This document shows positions 57,000-64,000 of a DNA stretch of 64,000 bases, piece by piece. Position numbers and translations under genes: made by a program. Every line of letters starts with the position of its first letter. The first letter of the stretch is position 1. The notes under the pieces are model-generated. The model saw only the letters and a list, made by a program, of their open reading frames with translations. It did no database searches and was not told where the DNA came from. Source of the DNA: an uncultured bacterium (GTDB lineage Bacteria; Patescibacteriota; Minisyncoccia; UBA6257; 2-01-FULL-56-20); contig CAWJQC010000009.1 of the NCBI GenBank assembly GCA_963844965.1, forward strand, positions 1 to 64,000, given 5' to 3'.

Positions 57000-58445
57000 A
57001 TGCTGAAGCTTTACAATACTCTCACGCGGCAGAAGGAAGCGTTCAAACCAATCCACAGGAACCGGGTTGGGCTTTACACCTGCGGACCGACCGTTTACAA
57101 CTACGCGCACATCGGAAATTTGCGCACCTATATTTTTGAAGATATTCTCCAGCGGACGCTGGAATACGAGGGCTACGCGGTGAACCGCGTGATGAACATC
57201 ACCGATGTCGGCCATCTGACCGCGGATTCCGACACGGGCGAAGATAAGGTTGAAAAGGAAGCGAAAAAAGAGCGGAAATCCGTGATGGAAATCGTTCATT
57301 TCTACACGAAGGCGTTTTTTGACGATCTCCGCGAACTTAACATAAAAATTCCCGAAATTTTGGAGCCGGCGACAAAACACATAGACGAGGAACAGAAAAT
57401 CATAAAAAAGTTATTTGAAAACGGATTGGCCTACGAAACTGAGAGCGCCGTCTATTTTGACGTCGCGAAATACGGTCTGGAGAAATATCTGAAACTTTCG
57501 CGCCAGCCGCTTGACGAGAAACGCACTGGCGCGCGCGAAGAAGTGATAGTTGACCCGCAAAAAAAGAGTCCGGCGGATTTCGTTCTTTGGTTCAAGCTCG
57601 CCGGCAAATTCAAAAATCATATCCAGCACTGGCCGTCGCCTTGGGGAGAAGGTTTTCCGGGGTGGCACATAGAGTGCTCGGCGATCTCCTCAAAGTTTTT
57701 AGGCCAGCCGTTTGACATCCACGTTGGCGGCGTTGACCACATAGGCACGCACCACACGAACGAAATCGCGCAGTCGGAAGGAGCGTATGGCGTTCCTCTC
57801 GCGAATTTCTGGCTGCACGGGGAATTTTTGCTCATGAGCGACGCGAAAATGGCAAAGTCGGTCGGGAATTTTCTGACGCTCGGCGAACTGGAAAAGCGCG
57901 GCATTAATCCTCTTGCCTTCCGCTATTTCGTTCTGAACACGCATTACCGCTCCAAACTTAATTTCAGCTGGAAAGGTCTGGAAGGAGCGCAAGCCGGGCT
58001 GAAAAATTTATATCGCTCCGTATATCATCTACTGCTGGAGAAAAACAGACCGGCGCCGAATGCCAAAAAAGTTACCCGAAGACCAGACTACGACGCGCAG
58101 TTTTCGGATGCTCTGAACGACGACCTCAACGCTCCCCGCGCGCTTTCCTGGCTCCATGAAGCCGTCAGGGCGGAAAATTTCACGGCAAAGGAAAAGTTGG
58201 CGCTTATTGAAAAATTTGACCGCGTTTTGGGCTTGAAACTGTTGGAAACCGCGAAAGGCGTACTCAAAGCTAATCGCGGCGCGGAGACGGCAAATATCCG
58301 AAAACTGGTCGGGAACTATGAGAAATTCAGAGCCAGTAAACAGTTTATGAACTCCGACCGCTTGAGGAAAAAAATTCTTGAGTTAGGATATGAGGTGGAG
58401 GACACAAAAAGCGGAACTATTTTATGGCCAAAACATCCACTCTAA
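57000..58445 (+). CDS. cysS: cysteine--tRNA ligase
   Basis: 481 aa. YTCGPTVYNYAHIGNLRTY (HIGH), KMAKSVGN (KMSKS), zinc-binding Cys/His. Preceded by TGtTAGAAT-N6-ATG (leaderless-type). Confidence 0.9.
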   Translation: MLKLYNTLTRQKEAFKPIHRNRVGLYTCGPTVYNYAHIGNLRTYIFEDILQRTLEYEGYAVNRVMNITDVGHLTADSDTGEDKVEKEAKKERKSVMEIVHFYTKAFFDDLRELNIKIPEILEPATKHIDEEQKIIKKLFENGLAYETESAVYFDVAKYGLEKYLKLSRQPLDEKRTGAREEVIVDPQKKSPADFVLWFKLAGKFKNHIQHWPSPWGEGFPGWHIECSAISSKFLGQPFDIHVGGVDHIGTHHTNEIAQSEGAYGVPLANFWLHGEFLLMSDAKMAKSVGNFLTLGELEKRGINPLAFRYFVLNTHYRSKLNFSWKGLEGAQAGLKNLYRSVYHLLLEKNRPAPNAKKVTRRPDYDAQFSDALNDDLNAPRALSWLHEAVRAENFTAKEKLALIEKFDRVLGLKLLETAKGVLKANRGAETANIRKLVGNYEKFRASKQFMNSDRLRKKILELGYEVEDTKSGTILWPKHPL

Positions 58446-59791
58446 AAATTCCGCCGCAGAATCTTGAGGCCGAACAGGCGGTGCTCGGCTGTCTGCTTAT
58501 AGACAAAAACGCCATTGTCCAGGTGGCGGATTTGCTTGAGCCGGCGGACTTTTACGACCCGAGGCACGAAAAAATCTACGAGGTTATCCTGGAATTGTAC
58601 GCCAAACACCAGCCGATAGACCTTATCACGACCACAAGTCACCTTAAGGAAAAAGAGCTTCTGAAAGACATCGGCGGTTCGGCTTATCTCGCGGAACTTA
58701 CGAATCAGGTCGCCACGGCGTCGCACGTCGCAGAGTACGCGGCCACGGTCAAGGAGAAAAAAGTTCTGCGCGATCTCATCAAGGCGGCGGCCGAAATCGC
58801 CGAAGATGTCTTTGAACCGTCAAAAGAAGTGGAAGATCTCCTTGACGAAATTGAGCAGAAAATCTTTTCAATATCGCAGAAATCAATCCAGCAAAATTTC
58901 ATTCATCTCAAGGAAGAATTAAAGGGCGCCTATGAACGGATAGAAAAGCTTCATCAGGGCGGCGGCCGGTTGCGCGGAATCCCCACCGGTTTTGACGAAC
59001 TGGACGAACTTCTGTCTGGATTGCAGAAATCGGAACTTATCGTTTTGGGCGCCAGGCCATCGCTCGGAAAAACCACGCTCGTTTTGGATATCGCGAGGAA
59101 CGCGGCCATGAAGGGCGGCATTCCCGTCGGGATTTTTTCGTTTGAAATGTCGCACGAACAGGTCATTGACCGCTTGATCGCCGCTGAGTCGCAGGTTCCA
59201 CTGTGGCACATTCTGACCGGCCGCATAAAGGAGGATGTGGAATTTGAAATGATACAGGGCGCGCTTGACCGGCTTTCCAAAACAGCCATCTTCATTGATG
59301 ACTCGCCGTCCTCCAATATCAGGGAGATGCGTTCCAGGGCGCGCCGCCTGCAAGCCGAGCACGGCCTGGGGCTTCTCGTCGTGGATTATCTCCAGCTTAT
59401 AAAACCGCGCATAAATTTTGAGAGCATGGTCCAGCAGGTTACGGAAATATCGCGGGGACTCAAGGAGCTGGCGCGCGAGCTCAAGGTACCGGTTCTCGCC
59501 GTTTCCCAGCTTTCTCGCAACGTGGAACAGCGCGAGGAAAGGCGGCCGCGTCTTTCGGACTTGCGTGAGTCGGGCAGTATTGAGCAGGACGCCGACGTCG
59601 TGATGTTCATTTACCGGAAAGACAAAGACAAGACGGATGTTCCGCCGGAAGAACAGAATATTGCCGAGATAACCGTCGCGAAGCACAGAAATGGTCCCGT
59701 GGGCAGCATTAAATTGCGGTTTGACACGGAAAGGATTTCGTTCAGGCCGCTCGAAAAAAGATACGGAGAACCATCGCCGTTCGATTCATAA
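58424..59791 (+). CDS. dnaB: replicative DNA helicase DnaB
   Basis: 455 aa. N-terminal LEAEQAVLGCLL, Walker A GARPSLGKTT, Walker B LLVVDYLQLI, RecA-like C-domain. Overlaps the cysS stop by 22 nt. Confidence 0.9.
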   Translation: MAKTSTLKIPPQNLEAEQAVLGCLLIDKNAIVQVADLLEPADFYDPRHEKIYEVILELYAKHQPIDLITTTSHLKEKELLKDIGGSAYLAELTNQVATASHVAEYAATVKEKKVLRDLIKAAAEIAEDVFEPSKEVEDLLDEIEQKIFSISQKSIQQNFIHLKEELKGAYERIEKLHQGGGRLRGIPTGFDELDELLSGLQKSELIVLGARPSLGKTTLVLDIARNAAMKGGIPVGIFSFEMSHEQVIDRLIAAESQVPLWHILTGRIKEDVEFEMIQGALDRLSKTAIFIDDSPSSNIREMRSRARRLQAEHGLGLLVVDYLQLIKPRINFESMVQQVTEISRGLKELARELKVPVLAVSQLSRNVEQREERRPRLSDLRESGSIEQDADVVMFIYRKDKDKTDVPPEEQNIAEITVAKHRNGPVGSIKLRFDTERISFRPLEKRYGEPSPFDS

Positions 59792-59882
59792 ATTTATTAT
59801 CTATTAACGAATTAACGGATTTGAATTTTTGATACGTTAATTCGTTAATCCGTTAATTTACCAATTTGATTTAATTAAAAGC

Positions 59883-60464
59883 ATGAAACTGCCTGAATCC
59901 ATCAATAATTTAAAAGAGGAGCTGGCGGAACTGCCGTCAATAGGGCCGCGTCAGGCGATACGGCTGGCGTTTTATCTGGTCGGTCGCGGCGAAAATTTTA
60001 TAAAGAATTTCGCCGAGGACATTGACGAACTGCGCCGCGTTAAAATCTGCGAGCGCTGTTTTTTTGTTCATCAAAACAACGGTTCTTTGTGCGATATCTG
60101 CAAGAACCCCGCACGGCGCAAAGACATCATAATGCTTGTTGAGAAAGAAACCGACTTGATATCGCTTGAGAATACCGGCAAATTTAACGGCAGGTATTTT
60201 ATCCTTGGCCCGATCCCGAAAACTGGACTTCTTGAAGATTGGCAGAAACTACGCCTGCAGAGTCTAAAAAATTTTATCCAAAAAGAATTGGGCGGCAAAG
60301 CCGAGGAAATAATTTTGGCGCTGAATCCGACGAGCGTGGGCGATTTCCATGCCTCTCTTCTTGCCAAAGAGCTTGGAGAATTAGCGAAAAAAATAAACCG
60401 CCTGGGACGAGGATTGCCCACTGGAGGTGAGATTGAGTTCGCGGACGATGAGAGCTTTAGGTAG
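59883..60464 (+). CDS. recR: recombination protein RecR
   Basis: 193 aa. LPSIGPRQAIRLAFYL (HhH), C4 zinc finger CERC...CDIC, Toprim domain. Confidence 0.85.
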   Translation: MKLPESINNLKEELAELPSIGPRQAIRLAFYLVGRGENFIKNFAEDIDELRRVKICERCFFVHQNNGSLCDICKNPARRKDIIMLVEKETDLISLENTGKFNGRYFILGPIPKTGLLEDWQKLRLQSLKNFIQKELGGKAEEIILALNPTSVGDFHASLLAKELGELAKKINRLGRGLPTGGEIEFADDESFR

Positions 60465-60531
60465 TGCGCTGGAGAAACGATTTTAGTTTTGCGCAAACAC
60501 CCAAAGTTAATAAAACAAGCCGATTAGAATT

Positions 60532-60882
60532 CTAATCGGCTTTTTGTATCAGTTCTTTGACAATGGCCATTGCCCGAAAACGAATAATCGCGACGTAATC
60601 CTTATCGGCCAAATCGGTTAATGTTTTTCTTAATTTCTCCAGGCCTTCCTCACTAAATTTCGAGGCGCGCACGATTCGCGTTTTTTTCGTAATTCTCAGA
60701 AAGGTAAACCTACCATCGGGAAAAACTCCGAGGACAATTTCGTTTTTTGAGAAATCATAAAGATCCTCATCGTCTTTACAGGAGACAACACGAAAAACAA
60801 TCGCCTCCCTACCCCGGAGCAAATGCTCTTCAAGCGGGTGGCCCTCGTTCAGATTCAATCTCAACTTCCTGATCTTATCCAA
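60532..60882 (-). CDS. hypothetical protein
   Basis: 116 aa, no recognisable motif. Confidence 0.35.
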   Translation of the reverse strand: MDKIRKLRLNLNEGHPLEEHLLRGREAIVFRVVSCKDDEDLYDFSKNEIVLGVFPDGRFTFLRITKKTRIVRASKFSEEGLEKLRKTLTDLADKDYVAIIRFRAMAIVKELIQKAD

Positions 60883-60947
60883 TGCGATCCTCCGAAATTT
60901 TATCTATCTGCTGATGATATTTTAACAAATAAAATTTTATTTGCAAA

Positions 60948-61952
60948 CTAACCGTGGCGCACGACAACCACGTCGCCGTCCTGAACCACATATTCTTTTC
61001 CTTCCAGCCGAATCTGCCCTTTTTGTTTCGCTTGCACCCAGCCGCCGAGTTCCAGAAGTTTTTGCCAGTTGATGACTTCGGCTCGGATGAAGTTCTTCTC
61101 AAAATCCGTATGAATGACGCCCGCCGCCTGCGGCGCCTTTGTACCGCGCTTTATCGTCCAGGCGCGCGTTTCGTCCTCGCCGGTCGTTAGAAAGCTTATC
61201 AAATCCAGAATTTTGTAGGCTTTCTCTATCAGAATCGGGAGCTTGTCGGACGCACCTAGGTCAGCCACGATATAATCCGCCCCCAACTCCCCTATTTTCT
61301 TTATCAATTCCGGCTTGACTTCATTTTCCTTACCGTTCAGGAGGTAAATCTGCCGCTTGGTGGTCAGTAAGTTCAACTCTTTCACGATTTCCTCGTCTTT
61401 ATGTTTCAAGATCAAATTGCCGCCGTTCAATTCCTTCCGCACCACCTCCAAGACAGCCAGGTTTTTCATCGCCTGCTTGTCGCCTGTGCGCGCTTCGCCC
61501 CCCAATTTTCCGAGGCGCTTATCAATCGTTTCCAAATCTTTCAAGGCAAGTTCGGAATTTGTAGTGATGAGATCGCGCAGGGCGTCAACTGAATTTTCCA
61601 CGTGTATAATTTCGGGGTTTTCAAATGTCCGAAGAACTAACACTATCGCCTGCGTGTCGCGGATGTGAGCCAAAAATTGGTTGCCTAACCCCTCGCCCTT
61701 GTAGGCGCCGCGCACGAGCCCGGCGATGTCGTAAAACTCAACGACCGCTGGCACAACCTTTTTGGAATTGCTCAATTTGGCGAGTTTTTCCAGGCGCTCG
61801 TCCGGAACCGACACAATGCCGACATTCGGGTCAATCGTCGCGAAAGGATAGTTGGCGATATTCACTTCTTGCTTCGTTAAAATTTTAAACAGGGTGGATT
61901 TGCCAACGTTGGGTAGTCCCACGATGCCGATTGAAAGTTTTTGACCCGACAT
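60948..61952 (-). CDS. ychF: ribosome-binding ATPase YchF (Obg-like)
   Basis: 334 aa. GIVGLPNVGKSTLF (G1), FYDIAGLV, C-terminal TGS domain. Confidence 0.88.
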   Translation of the reverse strand: MSGQKLSIGIVGLPNVGKSTLFKILTKQEVNIANYPFATIDPNVGIVSVPDERLEKLAKLSNSKKVVPAVVEFYDIAGLVRGAYKGEGLGNQFLAHIRDTQAIVLVLRTFENPEIIHVENSVDALRDLITTNSELALKDLETIDKRLGKLGGEARTGDKQAMKNLAVLEVVRKELNGGNLILKHKDEEIVKELNLLTTKRQIYLLNGKENEVKPELIKKIGELGADYIVADLGASDKLPILIEKAYKILDLISFLTTGEDETRAWTIKRGTKAPQAAGVIHTDFEKNFIRAEVINWQKLLELGGWVQAKQKGQIRLEGKEYVVQDGDVVVVRHG

Positions 61953-63213
61953 AGTTTAGATTTCTAATTGGTATACCGCCGTATACATGCAATTCTTCTT
62001 GAGTGCCTACGACTTTATCTATAACATCCCTAACTATCGTCTTTTTTCCCTCAAAATTCAAGCGTGCAACGACTTCCGCCGCGCACTCGGCAAATTCCCT
62101 TACCTCGTTCCATTGGGGCAAAATAAAGTCATTCTGGCGCTCTCCCGCCTCTGGCGGCTTTGGCATCCTGCTTTCCAGTAAAGCAACCCGTGCCCGTAAA
62201 TCGCTCTTGTATTCCTTCAGCTTCTCCATGCCTATCAGCCCCGCCCCGTATGCCCTGTCATAGCGAGCTTCCTCGTCTTTCAACTTCTCAACGTCCCTTT
62301 TGAAATTGAAAATGGATATATCGGGGCGCGCCGCGCTTTCTTTCTTTTTCCCGATAAACTTCTGCGCGTTTTTCATCATCAGTTCCGGCGAAGTCATAAT
62401 CCCTGCCGTCTTTTTCCATACGAGCGCATCGGCTATCCTCGCGTTTATTCCCCGCTCGGCGCACTTCGGAGGCAAGGGGAAGCTGTGAACCCTATCCGTG
62501 CAGCGATAATAAAGATGTTTCCCGCGCTGCGGGCCTTCTCCGGCCCGCCTTCTCCCGCATCCGCAGTAAATCTTCCCGCTCAAAAGATACTCGTTTTTCC
62601 GGTTTCGCTGGCACTCCGCGAAATTTACCGCAAGTTGCCGCGCCGCCCGCTCAAATAATTCTCGGCTGATGAGGGCGGGTGTCGTTATTTTTATCCACTC
62701 CTCCTCCGGCCTCACCTTGCGGCTCGTCTTTTTGATTCTCCGGTAGCCCTCTTTCTTAAACGGATTCTCCGGCACGACGGCATAAGAGCTTCCATAATGC
62801 CCTTCGCCTATGTAGGTTTTATTCCTCAAAAGCGTTGAAAGGGTGCTGGTATTCCAAACGCCCCGCGCGCTCCAGCGCGGCGCTATGCCCGCTTTCATAA
62901 GCTCCTTCACAACCTGCCGCAAAGTAAGCCCGTCATCGGCAATCCACGAAAATATCTTTTTAACAACGGTTGCCTCTTGTTCGTTGATTTCATAGCAGCC
63001 ATGTTTCCCATCCGTTTCTTTTTTCGGCTTAAAAATATAGCCGTAGGGAGCTTCGCTGGTAATAATATGCCCCTCTTTTGCCTTCCGCAGTTTCCCAAGC
63101 CGGAAGCGCTCGGCGATTTTCGCCCTCTCATACTCGGCAAAAAGCCCCCTAACACCGTGCAGGATTTTCTCCTCGCTATTTTTCGGACGGAATGGTAACG
63201 AACAATACTTCAA
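61885..63213 (-). CDS. large serine recombinase, recombinase + zinc-ribbon domains (C-terminal part; in a different frame from the catalytic-domain ORF)
   Basis: 442 aa. Recombinase-domain motifs (GYIFKPKK..., Cys cluster CGCGRRRAG..C), coiled-coil C-terminus. Overlaps the ORF 63176-63523 by 38 nt. Confidence 0.7.
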   Translation of the reverse strand: MKYCSLPFRPKNSEEKILHGVRGLFAEYERAKIAERFRLGKLRKAKEGHIITSEAPYGYIFKPKKETDGKHGCYEINEQEATVVKKIFSWIADDGLTLRQVVKELMKAGIAPRWSARGVWNTSTLSTLLRNKTYIGEGHYGSSYAVVPENPFKKEGYRRIKKTSRKVRPEEEWIKITTPALISRELFERAARQLAVNFAECQRNRKNEYLLSGKIYCGCGRRRAGEGPQRGKHLYYRCTDRVHSFPLPPKCAERGINARIADALVWKKTAGIMTSPELMMKNAQKFIGKKKESAARPDISIFNFKRDVEKLKDEEARYDRAYGAGLIGMEKLKEYKSDLRARVALLESRMPKPPEAGERQNDFILPQWNEVREFAECAAEVVARLNFEGKKTIVRDVIDKVVGTQEELHVYGGIPIRNLNYVGSKTFNRHRGTTQRWQIHPV

Positions 63214-63523
63214 CTCCCGCCTCCCGTAGTTCGTCCATCACCAATTCCTGATAAGAGTAGCGGCGGGCCAACCTATCTGGGTCATAAATCAAAACCGCTT
63301 CCCATATCTTCTTTTTCACGTCCTGCCGGAGCTGGTCGAGTTGAGGCCGCACGAGCGTGTCCCCGCTCCAGCCGTTATCAATGTATTCCTGCACGATGGT
63401 GTAGCCATTTTTCACGGCAAACTCCCGAACGGCGACAAGCTGGGTTTCAATAGTGCCTTCATCCGGCGAGGTGCTGACACGGGCGTATATGGCAATCAAT
63501 TTTATGATGGCGGCTTCGTTCAT
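63176..63523 (-). CDS. serine recombinase N-terminal catalytic (resolvase) domain
   Basis: 115 aa. IAIYARVSTSPDEG (catalytic Ser region), resolvase fold. Its frame is shifted relative to the downstream recombinase domain. Confidence 0.7.
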   Translation of the reverse strand: MNEAAIIKLIAIYARVSTSPDEGTIETQLVAVREFAVKNGYTIVQEYIDNGWSGDTLVRPQLDQLRQDVKKKIWEAVLIYDPDRLARRYSYQELVMDELREAGVEVLFVTIPSEK

Positions 63524-63702
63524 CGTTTCGTGTTCTTATGTTTGCTTAAAAACTTTTGATATTCGCTTTTCGGTATGCGCCAGAGCGCCGTCCCTTTGCC
63601 GAGTTTATACCCGACCAACAGCCCCTTTTGAAGCCAGCGTTGAACTGTGCGGGGATGTATCCGCAGATTTTTAGCGATTTCGTCTTTCGTGAGAAACTCC
63701 AT
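63520..63702 (-). CDS. excisionase/AlpA-like helix-turn-helix protein
   Basis: 60 aa from ATG 63702 (MEFLTKDEIAKNLRIHPRTVQRWLQKGLL...). Preceded by direct TTGACAA repeats. The ORF-track start 63747 is a TTG. Confidence 0.5.
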   Translation of the reverse strand: MEFLTKDEIAKNLRIHPRTVQRWLQKGLLVGYKLGKGTALWRIPKSEYQKFLSKHKNTKR

Positions 63703-63759
63703 GCTTTTAATTCTATTCCCAATAGTCGCAGTTGTCAAAATTGTCAAAAGTGGACATCT

Positions 63760-63822
63760 TACCCCACCACCCCACTCACTATATCGTAGGCGTAAAACAA
63801 TAGTGAGTTAGAGGGTGGGGTA
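63760..63822. repeat. imperfect 23-bp inverted repeat (taccccaccaccccactcactat / atagtgagttagagggtggggta), candidate recombination (att) site of the serine-recombinase module
   Basis: The two arms are separated by 17 bp, directly upstream of the excisionase-like gene. Confidence 0.4.
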
Positions 63823-64000
63823 AATGAGCATCCTCCTTCTATCGTCAGGGTCTGCTTCTTGGGCTATCAGTCCGGCATTTTCCAGCATCGGGATAATCTG
63901 TTGTCGCAAAAGCCAATCTGGGAGCGGCCGTCCATACACTTGGAAGTGTTTTTGCGTTATTTCCCGTCTTGTAAGCCCGCATGGGGCGCTCGCCATACCA
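63808..64000 (-). CDS. winged-helix (MarR-like) regulator fragment; N-terminus probably outside the window
   Basis: C-terminal LENAGLIAQEADPDDRRRMLIYPTL matches the MarR wing motif (D-P-x-D-R-R). The ORF reaches the window edge. Confidence 0.3.
   Translation of the reverse strand, partial: GMASAPCGLTRREITQKHFQVYGRPLPDWLLRQQIIPMLENAGLIAQEADPDDRRRMLIYPTL

Noticed and set aside
1-64000. rRNA genes or additional tRNAs
   Set aside because: No 16S/23S/5S-like conserved stretches were seen. Only one cloverleaf (tRNA-Lys at 34962-35034) was found by inspection, though a dedicated scanner could find more.

Overview
This 64-kb window looks like the chromosome of a small-genome bacterium; gene content and organisation are compatible with a Patescibacteria/CPR-like organism, but that cannot be proven from sequence alone. 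It is mostly moderate-GC backbone with four anomalous blocks.

Backbone (mostly minus strand):
- hrcA-grpE-(hypothetical)-dnaK-(membrane protein)-dnaJ heat-shock cluster; hrcA has lost its 5-prime end.
- secD-secF, a tRNA-Lys(UUU), and a division/wall cluster ftsW-murG and murC.
- gltX, typA/bipA, trmD, cysS, dnaB, recR, ychF, corA, and a Ca2+/H+ exchanger.
- A split comEC (two ORFs), a TraD/VirD4-like ATPase with a membrane-protein partner, and several peptidases (M14 x2, M23).

Anomalous blocks:
1. A GC-rich IS3 element (OrfA/OrfB with an A7G -1 frameshift site) next to a NAMPT-like (nadV) gene at the left edge.
2. A 2.2-kb AT-rich islet between typA and a RecB/Cas4-like nuclease gene. It encodes an in-frame fusion of a complete LexA repressor (HTH, Ala-Gly cleavage site, Ser/Lys S24 dyad) to a beta-class DNA methyltransferase, plus a convergent hypothetical gene. 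Displaced copies of the flanking gene 3-prime ends sit upstream of typA.
3. A 7.8-kb block of about 65% GC (43.44-51.22 kb) that truncates hrcA. It encodes Planctomycetes-type secreted repeat proteins (N-terminal RR...EPLEERQLLS motif; BNR/Asp-box, FG-GAP and Ig-like repeats) with more than a dozen frameshifts and an in-frame TGA. This is either a chimeric/contaminant join or decayed foreign DNA.
4. A recombinase module at the right edge: frameshifted large serine recombinase, a small excisionase-like HTH gene, an imperfect inverted repeat, and a partial wHTH gene.

Other features: an IS200/IS605 tnpA element, several apparent frameshifts in backbone genes (secF, a signal-peptide gene, an M14 paralog, the sigma-region-4/HTH pair), repeated intergenic elements, and leaderless-type promoters. 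No rRNA and no CRISPR array were seen.
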